Part shown: positions 1 to 5,888 of the stretch, piece by piece | Position numbering within the stretch: the stretch's first letter is position 1 | Layout of the letters: the number at the start of each line of letters is the position of its first letter | Source of the DNA: Bdellovibrionota bacterium | GTDB lineage: Bacteria; Bdellovibrionota; UBA1018; UBA923 | Assembly (NCBI GenBank): GCA_040754655.1 | Contig: JBFMCE010000109.1 | Location: 1-10,612, forward strand | DNA length: 10,612 nucleotides | Reading direction: 5' to 3' | The notes under the pieces: model-generated | Told to the model about the DNA's origin: nothing | What the model saw: the letters and a program-made list of their open reading frames with translations, nothing else | Database searches by the model: none | Program-made: the position numbers and the translations under genes

Positions 1-3
1 TTT

Positions 4-33
4 AAGGAAGGGGTAGTTCTACCCTTACTTTTG
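4..33 (+). terminator. Imperfect stem-loop followed by a T-rich tract; possible intrinsic terminator of an upstream gene outside the window, or an operator palindrome
   Basis: AAGGAAGGGGTA-GTTC-TACCCTTACTTT. Core stem GGGTA (11-15) / TACCC (20-24), extendable with G-U pairs and one mismatch to 4-31, with TTTTGTTCTTT running from 29. Confidence 0.35.
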
Positions 34-63
34 TTCTTTAAGATCAGCGTATTTAAGAAAGAA

Positions 64-1311
64 ATGAACTTCGTGAAGCGATTTGCGGTTCCACTTGTTG
101 CCACTACGTTCGTAGTTATTGGCATCACTCCTCTTCCTGGCCTTTCGAGGCTCGCTCACGCTCAAGCTAGATTAAATAACGTGAACTCCGCTCAGAATAT
201 TCCTACTCTTTTGCCCTCTGCTCAACAAACACCTGCATTTGAAATTGAGAAAGAGTGTTATGGATCGGAAGATCAAAATCTTGGCGCAATCACTCAAGGC
301 AATGCCCATCATGATAAGCTTAAAAAGTTTCATGTGAAGTGCGCGAGCCACCAGAGAATGTTGCAGGAAGGCTCAAATATAGAGACCGTCAACTACCTGC
401 AGTTTCAGAAAATGTTCGCCATAGTGGAGTCTGTAAAAAAGAACGAGCCTTACCAAAGCCCTGATCAGAGCAAGCCCCCAAAGACCTATTCCTTTGCGGA
501 TCTACAAACTGAGAAGATCTGTCTTTCAAGCGATCAACAGATTGAAGACTGCTACAAGCGTATGAAAAAGCTCAAACTAGATCTATTGCTCCAGACACGA
601 ACGAGAGTAGAAGGGTATAACCGTTCGAGGCTCGAATTGATGGATGAGGCTAATGATCTGCAAGCGGGTGAGGTCACGAATGTGCAGCTCGGCGAAAAGA
701 AGACTAGTGTGCTTAGTGATTTTGCAAAAGCGCGTGACAACGATCAGGCGTTAAGAAGACTCATGGGTGTGGGAACAATAAGCTTTAAAAAGGGTGATGC
801 GAAGCTGGGCGACGCGGTTTTGGATCCGAAGACCGTGAATCTACAGGAAATGGGCGATCAAGATCTTGAGAAGCTGAACCCTGGGCTGGCAAAAAGGCTC
901 GAGAAAAAATCACTTGAAGTGAGTAGCGAGAAAGAGAAGAAAGCCTTGCGTGAAGAGCTCGAGCGTTATGCGAATAACCCAGCCTTTCGCGAACAGATCG
1001 AAAAGTATCGACAAGAACTCGAAAATGCGCAGAAGAATCAGGCCAATAAGCCGCCGACTACTCCGAATCTAAAGAGCAGCGTTGGAGTGGATGCAATGAA
1101 TGATACCATCTATACCCTTGAAGAAGAGGCCAAGAAACAGAGAAATCCGGCGGGGAAACCACGGACATTGAGCGATATCGATTCAGCGGATTTGAGGATC
1201 AAGGCTGATCCGGCCAATCCAAGTGGGAGCGTAGTGCTTGATGCTCAGATTGAAAACATGATCAATCCGCCTAATCCTGTGGATAGCATTCGAAACGATA
1301 TCGGCTTGTGA
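64..1311 (+). CDS. Hypothetical secreted protein, helical, with a C-terminal coiled coil and Pro/Asn-rich tail
   Basis: Long ORF (31..1311 from TTG). ATG at 64 gives a Sec-type signal peptide MNFVKRFAVPLVATTFVVIGITPLPGLSRLAHA|Q with an A-x-A cleavage site. Four Cys in the mature N-terminal half. K/E-rich helical segment (EKEKKALREELERY...YRQELENAQK). No family recognised. Confidence 0.75.
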   Translation: MNFVKRFAVPLVATTFVVIGITPLPGLSRLAHAQARLNNVNSAQNIPTLLPSAQQTPAFEIEKECYGSEDQNLGAITQGNAHHDKLKKFHVKCASHQRMLQEGSNIETVNYLQFQKMFAIVESVKKNEPYQSPDQSKPPKTYSFADLQTEKICLSSDQQIEDCYKRMKKLKLDLLLQTRTRVEGYNRSRLELMDEANDLQAGEVTNVQLGEKKTSVLSDFAKARDNDQALRRLMGVGTISFKKGDAKLGDAVLDPKTVNLQEMGDQDLEKLNPGLAKRLEKKSLEVSSEKEKKALREELERYANNPAFREQIEKYRQELENAQKNQANKPPTTPNLKSSVGVDAMNDTIYTLEEEAKKQRNPAGKPRTLSDIDSADLRIKADPANPSGSVVLDAQIENMINPPNPVDSIRNDIGL

Positions 1312-1312
1312 A

Positions 1313-2764
1313 CTAAATACGCTGCAACCACACCTTAAGCCTAGTGTGTCCGGCTTTGCCGCGTTCTTTGGCGCGGGTGATGATGATTTTGGTTTCGCCA
1401 AGTTTTGCGAGCCCATTGACCAGGTGTTTGTAGCCCTTCAATGGAATGAAGACGTCAAACATCACGCCGCCTGGAAGTTCGGCTCCTGTACCCGAAGATT
1501 CATCGGCGGAGATGAAATTTACGCTACGCAAAACCTTGGCCACCTGTTCCTTGGTGATTTCTGGAGCGTCGGTCTTGATGAGGACACGGTAAACCCGGTC
1601 ACTCGAAGCCATCTCAGAGTCTCGTCCTACGAACTCGGTCTCGGGTTTCACTTCAAGTTTCTCATCCTTGGCTGCGCCTGGTCTCAAAGCCACAGCAGGA
1701 GGCCCTATGCTGCCATGGATGTTCGTCATTCCACCATCGGAACTTGTTGCCACGAGGGATTCACTTGCGGCCTCTGGAGCGGAAGCGGGAGCTTCTGAAA
1801 CGTTTTGATGTGCTTCAGAAACAGGCTCGGTTGGGTTGCCCAACCCAGCAGTGAGTTCGGCGACACTGTACAGATCGAGCCGTCGCTCGAGCCAAAACTC
1901 GTAAAGTCCCTTGATCCGGGGAATGGAAAGGACGACGCCTAAAACCAAGGTCGTGGCAAGCAGCCCTTCGAACAGGGCTTTCAAATACCAGGGCGCGGAC
2001 GCCCAATTGAATAAGACCTTTTTTCCTTCCTTTACGAAAAGCGGGGAGACCGGAAACTTTTGAAACATTTCCGGAGGAGATGACCACTCAAACTCTCCGA
2101 AATAGCTGAGCGAGCTCAGCCTCGTCTCTAGAACCTGTTCGCATTTCTTGCAATCGTCGACAGAGCGGATCAAATGTGTTGGAGCGGTGAGGCTTCCCAT
2201 TCGCGGGGTTGAAAGATCCCAGTCTTCAATGAGTTCACGGGTGCGAAGGCAGATATGCGTTGAGGCCGTATCCCTGAGTCTACCAATGCCGCCAGGCCTA
2301 GAGGCGCTAGCACCTTCTGCGGTTGCTAAGTCTGAAAAGGCTTTGATGCGAGAGCGTTCAAGTCGGGTGCGAATGCTTCCCTCAGAAATGCCAACGGCTG
2401 CGCCGATTTGCCGGCAAGTGAGGTCAAATCGGTCGCGCAAGACGAGCGAGAAGGCCTCGTCAATCGTGAGTTGGATCGGGGATTTGGCTTGAGGGTTGCT
2501 GCGAATGTGTTCAAAAGCAACGCGCAAGAAAACCAGATCGGCGTACCGTTCATATTTCGACTCCGAAAGCGCGCCGATCAAAGTTTGCGCAATTTCCTGG
2601 AGCGCTTCTTGGCGAGCGTGGCTCGGGATGAAATACGCCACTATTCCGTATAAGAGCTCGATGTTCTTCTCATAAAGTTTGGCCGGATCGGTTGGCTCAG
2701 GTGGATTCGGGGCCTGAACGGGTTTTACCGTTGATTGTGGTGTGAGGGTATCGTCAATTGCCAC
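1313..2764 (-). CDS. Membrane-anchored fusion of an ECF-sigma-like domain, a ZAS-like (zf-HC2-like) motif, a TM helix and an extracytoplasmic domain
   Basis: Sigma2-like LYEKNIELLYGIVAYF...EALQEI...VFLRVA. Clear sigma4-like HTH LTIDEAFSLVLRDRFDLTCRQIGAAVGISEGSIRTRLERSR. ZAS-like HIC...H...DCKKC. Hydrophobic WYLKALFEGLLATTLVLGVVLSIP, then an Ala/Ser/Pro/Glu linker and a compact C-terminal alpha/beta domain. GTG at 2764 is preceded by GGAAGG (10 nt spacing); TTG at 2782 is the alternative start. Confidence 0.75.
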   Translation of the reverse strand: MAIDDTLTPQSTVKPVQAPNPPEPTDPAKLYEKNIELLYGIVAYFIPSHARQEALQEIAQTLIGALSESKYERYADLVFLRVAFEHIRSNPQAKSPIQLTIDEAFSLVLRDRFDLTCRQIGAAVGISEGSIRTRLERSRIKAFSDLATAEGASASRPGGIGRLRDTASTHICLRTRELIEDWDLSTPRMGSLTAPTHLIRSVDDCKKCEQVLETRLSSLSYFGEFEWSSPPEMFQKFPVSPLFVKEGKKVLFNWASAPWYLKALFEGLLATTLVLGVVLSIPRIKGLYEFWLERRLDLYSVAELTAGLGNPTEPVSEAHQNVSEAPASAPEAASESLVATSSDGGMTNIHGSIGPPAVALRPGAAKDEKLEVKPETEFVGRDSEMASSDRVYRVLIKTDAPEITKEQVAKVLRSVNFISADESSGTGAELPGGVMFDVFIPLKGYKHLVNGLAKLGETKIIITRAKERGKAGHTRLKVWLQRI

Positions 2765-3270
2765 GAGAGATAAACCTTCCAACGTTCTGGCGCGGATTTC
2801 AAGCTATATCGAATCGTAAAGGTAGGCAGCCATTCTGGTCGCCCGGGTTTGGAGATGAGGCCCATTCCAGCCTCGTCTGGAGTTCTACCGCCTTTGCGTT
2901 GATTGCATTGAATGCACGCCGTGACGATGTTTTCCCATGTTTTTTTTCCGCCTTGGACCGATGGGACAACATGATCAAGGGTAAGTTCGCTTCGCGCTCG
3001 CTTTCGCCCGCAATACTGGCAAGTGAACTGGTCGCGCAGAAAGACGTTGGCGCGCGAGAAACGAATGATATTCTTTCTGCGAGTCAGCGGAATGTATTTA
3101 AGGAGGCGCATGACCGAGGGCAAACGAACCCGCATACTGACCGTGCGGATTTCGCGGTCGTACTCTTCGATGACTTCAACCTTCCCTTGAAAGAGAAGTT
3201 GCATCGCTTTTTGCCAATGAACAATCAATAATGGTTCAAATGAAGCATTGAGAACCAACACGTGGTCCAT
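2725..3270 (-). CDS. HNH endonuclease (McrA/HNH_5-like, zinc-binding)
   Basis: N-terminal VLVLNASFEPL typical of this widespread HNH subfamily. FSRANVFLRDQFTCQYCG, LTLDHVVP..GG and WENIVTACIQCNQRKG give two CxxC pairs and intact DH...N...N residues. Confidence 0.93.
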   Translation of the reverse strand: MDHVLVLNASFEPLLIVHWQKAMQLLFQGKVEVIEEYDREIRTVSMRVRLPSVMRLLKYIPLTRRKNIIRFSRANVFLRDQFTCQYCGRKRARSELTLDHVVPSVQGGKKTWENIVTACIQCNQRKGGRTPDEAGMGLISKPGRPEWLPTFTIRYSLKSAPERWKVYLSWQLTIPSHHNQR

Positions 3271-3276
3271 ATCCGA

Positions 3277-3304
3277 ATTATAACCAGCACTTAAATTTTG
3301 TCCA
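3277..3304 (-). promoter_or_regulatory. Sigma70-type promoter for the HNH/sigma-fusion unit, predicted leaderless
   Basis: Minus strand reads TGGACA (3304-3299), 16 nt, TATAAT (3282-3277), 6 nt, ATG (3270). No Shine-Dalgarno sequence before the ATG. Confidence 0.6.
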
Positions 3305-3326
3305 ACTTCCTAGTGCATGCTATGTT
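3298..3326 (+). promoter_or_regulatory. Sigma70-type promoter for the tlpA-like/coiled-coil unit
   Basis: TTGTCC (3298-3303), 17 nt, TATGTT (3321-3326), with an extended -10 TGc immediately upstream. Its -35 overlaps the -35 of the opposite promoter. Confidence 0.5.
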
Positions 3327-3366
3327 GGCTAGGCAAATTTCACTTGAGCATCGGTCAAAATTTTTT

Positions 3367-3951
3367 ATGAGCAATCTAATAAAGGTAGTTGTCTTAGTTT
3401 TTATGGTCGTTCTCGCTATGGCCTATTGGCAAGGCAGCCGGCCAAGGCAACCCTTGAATCTTTCAGAAGGAAATCCGGCTTCGGCGACATCCGGTGGGGA
3501 AACCCTTGAGCTCAATGAAGTGCCAAAGGATTTTGTGCTTCGCAATAAACAAGGGAAGCCAGTGAAATTAAGTCAGTTTAGGGGCAAGCCCATCTTGATC
3601 AATTTCTGGGCCGCGTGGTGTCCTCCCTGTGTCGAAGAGCTTCCAAGTTTGCTCGAGTTTTCGGATTGGGCAGCACGAGAACTGGGGCTCGTGACCTTGG
3701 CAGTAAGTGCTGATCCGGACTGGGGATCGATTGAGAAACTCTTTCAGGAAAAAAAGCTTTGGCCCACGGCACAAATCCCGTTTACAATTTTATTAGATTC
3801 AAGCGCCAGTGCAGCCGGAGTTTACGGGGTTTCAAAGTTCCCCGAAACCTTCTTCGTTGATCGCAACTTTAGAGTCATCCGCAGGTTCATTGGAATTCGT
3901 AACTGGAGTTCTCAGGAGATAAGGGAATGGGTAAGCCAAAATTCGCGATAG
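3367..3951 (+). CDS. TlpA/ResA-family membrane-anchored thiol-disulfide oxidoreductase
   Basis: N-terminal TM/signal anchor (LIKVVVLVFMVVLAMAYW). DFVL...GKPVKLSQFRGKPILINFWAAWCPPCVEELPSL and cis-Pro loop YGVSKFPETFFVD. ATG 3367 is preferred over TTG 3298, which falls inside the promoter region. Confidence 0.93.
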   Translation: MSNLIKVVVLVFMVVLAMAYWQGSRPRQPLNLSEGNPASATSGGETLELNEVPKDFVLRNKQGKPVKLSQFRGKPILINFWAAWCPPCVEELPSLLEFSDWAARELGLVTLAVSADPDWGSIEKLFQEKKLWPTAQIPFTILLDSSASAAGVYGVSKFPETFFVDRNFRVIRRFIGIRNWSSQEIREWVSQNSR

Positions 3952-4625
3952 CCGCCTTTATGGTTTTTCTGCTGTCTTCAAATGGCGTTTTGGCACTCAA
4001 TAGCCAGGAAAAGGCTAAGGAAGAGCTCAACGACAATATCAGCAAGATTCGAACGAACATCCAAAATATCACGAAGAACCTTGAAACGCTGGACGAGAAC
4101 ATTCGAACTGCTGAGAAAAACCTCACACTCCTGGAACAAGAGATTCAGACCAAAAAGAAGGCCAAGGAAGAAGTGATCAAGAATCTCGAGCGTTCGGAAA
4201 AGTCTCTTGAAGAGACCATGCGCTCGGAACAGGATTTTCAGAAAGGTCTCTCGAAAGATCTTGAGCTCGTTGATACAACGAAAAAAGACATTGAGGTGAC
4301 CAAGAAACGGTTGGCGCAATTGCAAGAGAACCTCAAAATTCTGCAAGAGAACGTCGAGATCGATCGCGAGAATATCGAGAAGGTCGTAAAGGCCAGGGAA
4401 CTCTGGGAGCGCAATACCAAGTCTTATAAGAGCGCCGCTTCAGAGCTCGATCAGTTGAGGAAGGAATTGGAAGGTCAATTAAAGAGCCAACGGGATATTT
4501 TTGAGAAAAACTCTTCGGACCGCAAGAAGTGGACGAAGCAGCTCGATCGTCAGAAAAAAGACCTTGAAGACATCGAGGTTGAATTGCGCAAGATCGATGA
4601 GGCTAAAAGAGCCAATACGAATTAA
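3927..4625 (+). CDS. Secreted long coiled-coil protein of unknown function
   Basis: AGGAG 8 nt before ATG 3927. Signal peptide MGKPKFAIAAFMVFLLSSNGVLA. About 200 aa of continuous heptad pattern without Pro or Cys. Overlaps the tlpA-like gene by 25 bp. Confidence 0.8.
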   Translation: MGKPKFAIAAFMVFLLSSNGVLALNSQEKAKEELNDNISKIRTNIQNITKNLETLDENIRTAEKNLTLLEQEIQTKKKAKEEVIKNLERSEKSLEETMRSEQDFQKGLSKDLELVDTTKKDIEVTKKRLAQLQENLKILQENVEIDRENIEKVVKARELWERNTKSYKSAASELDQLRKELEGQLKSQRDIFEKNSSDRKKWTKQLDRQKKDLEDIEVELRKIDEAKRANTN

Positions 4626-4682
4626 GGACGCGCTGCAAGATCAAGCCTGCAACGAGCCTGCCTGAGCGCCTGAGCGATGAAG

Positions 4683-5882
4683 CTATAAAAGAACTTTCTC
4701 GGCCGAATCCACCGCCGCAAAGACCAAATCGAAACACGGCAATAAGCCTTCTTCCTCGCGTATCGCGGCGAGCTTCGCTTGAGTCGCTGGATGCTGAGGA
4801 GCAAAGAGTACGCACGTGTCTTCGTGCGGTTCGATACTGGTTTCAAAGGTGCCCAGTTCTTTAGCCTTTTCCACGATGTGAGACTTGTCCAAGGCGATGA
4901 GCGGGCGAAGGATCGGAAGCTCAATCCCATCTTCGATTACCTGCATGTTCGTCAAAGTCTGGCTTGCCACTTGTCCTAAGGCTTCACCCGTCACCAATGC
5001 TTTTGCGCCTCGGCGCACCGCGATTTCTTGGGCGATGCGCATCATGAATCGACGGTAGTGGACCGTGCGATGACGTTCGTTGCATGCATCTCGCACCGCC
5101 TTTTGGATCTCGAGCAGAGGCACGAGCCACAACTCAAGCGGGTAAGGGCTGTAGTTCCTCAGCTGGCTTGCCAACTTCGTGACCTTGGTGATGCTCGCTT
5201 CCGAGGTATAAGGTTTGCTGTGAAAATGCACAAACACCGGAGCGCACCCTCGGCGCATCACTTCATAGCTAGCCACAGGCGAGTCAATGCCGCCCGAGAG
5301 CAAGCAGACGACGCGTTGAGTGACATCCATCGGAAGGCCGTAGACGCCTTCCTGCTCCCAGCTGTAAATCAGGGCGTGTTTATGCCGTACTTCCACGTTA
5401 AGCTGTAGATCCGGTTTTTTCAGATCGACGGAAAGCGTGTCTTTCAATTTCTTGATGAGTGTTCCGATCTGGGCATCGGTCTGCATCGAGTTTAAAGGAA
5501 AGTTTTTGTTCACCCTTCTGGTGCGAATGGCGAAAGTCTTGGCATTGGGATCGGCGCCGATTTCATTTTGAACCCAGGCCACAGCCTCGGGTTGGATTTT
5601 TTCGAGCTCTGGCTCGACAATCGAGCAAGGAGCGACTGCTGAGACCCCTCCCACCCTGGCGAGTCTGCGAATCAGCTTTTTGAGCTCTGCCTCGCTGCCT
5701 GAGGTCACGGGTGTGGGCAGTTCAATGACAAACCTTCCGCTTACGTTTACGACCGAACCCTTTCCGTTGAGACACCGCGTGAGGCTAAGTTTGAGACGTC
5801 GTTCGAATTCGGGTCTATTTTTGCCTTTCAGCGCAATTTCATGGTGTCTGATGAGAAGATGGGTGGCTTTTGAATTTAACAT
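4683..5882 (-). CDS. thiI: tRNA 4-thiouridine(8) synthase ThiI, short form without the rhodanese domain
   Basis: EIALKGKNR..FE N-terminus, THUMP region (TFAIRTRRVNKNFPLNS...VDLKKPD), PP-loop LLSGGIDSPVA, TGEALGQVASQTL, ILRPLIALDK, FETSIEPHEDTC. 399 aa. Confidence 0.96.
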   Translation of the reverse strand: MLNSKATHLLIRHHEIALKGKNRPEFERRLKLSLTRCLNGKGSVVNVSGRFVIELPTPVTSGSEAELKKLIRRLARVGGVSAVAPCSIVEPELEKIQPEAVAWVQNEIGADPNAKTFAIRTRRVNKNFPLNSMQTDAQIGTLIKKLKDTLSVDLKKPDLQLNVEVRHKHALIYSWEQEGVYGLPMDVTQRVVCLLSGGIDSPVASYEVMRRGCAPVFVHFHSKPYTSEASITKVTKLASQLRNYSPYPLELWLVPLLEIQKAVRDACNERHRTVHYRRFMMRIAQEIAVRRGAKALVTGEALGQVASQTLTNMQVIEDGIELPILRPLIALDKSHIVEKAKELGTFETSIEPHEDTCVLFAPQHPATQAKLAAIREEEGLLPCFDLVFAAVDSAEKVLL

Positions 5883-5888
5883 AAGTTC

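Noticed and set aside
31..63. TTG start at 31 for the first ORF
   Set aside because: It lies in the T-tract after the hairpin. ATG 64 gives a cleaner signal peptide.
1346..3231. Plus-strand ORFs 1346..1798, 2148..2492, 2408..2653 and 2758..3231, and nested minus ORFs 1815..2087 and 2326..2553
   Set aside because: Shadow or alternate-frame ORFs over the sigma-fusion and HNH genes, with no recognisable motifs.
2725..3270. HNH gene as a homing endonuclease, IscB/Cas9 fragment or mobile element
   Set aside because: No RuvC motifs, intron context, terminal repeats, transposase or CRISPR repeats. It matches the standalone VLVLNASxEPL HNH type.
3298..3366. 23-aa N-terminal extension of the TlpA-like ORF
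   Set aside because: It overlaps the predicted promoter elements. ATG 3367 starts directly at the membrane anchor.
3927..4625. Coiled-coil protein as EnvC, SMC or a chemoreceptor
   Set aside because: No M23 peptidase, Walker A or MCP hairpin signature. Only generic heptads are present.
4633..4676. Short repeats as a mini-CRISPR or REP element
   Set aside because: Units are only 5-8 bp, with no spacers and no palindrome.
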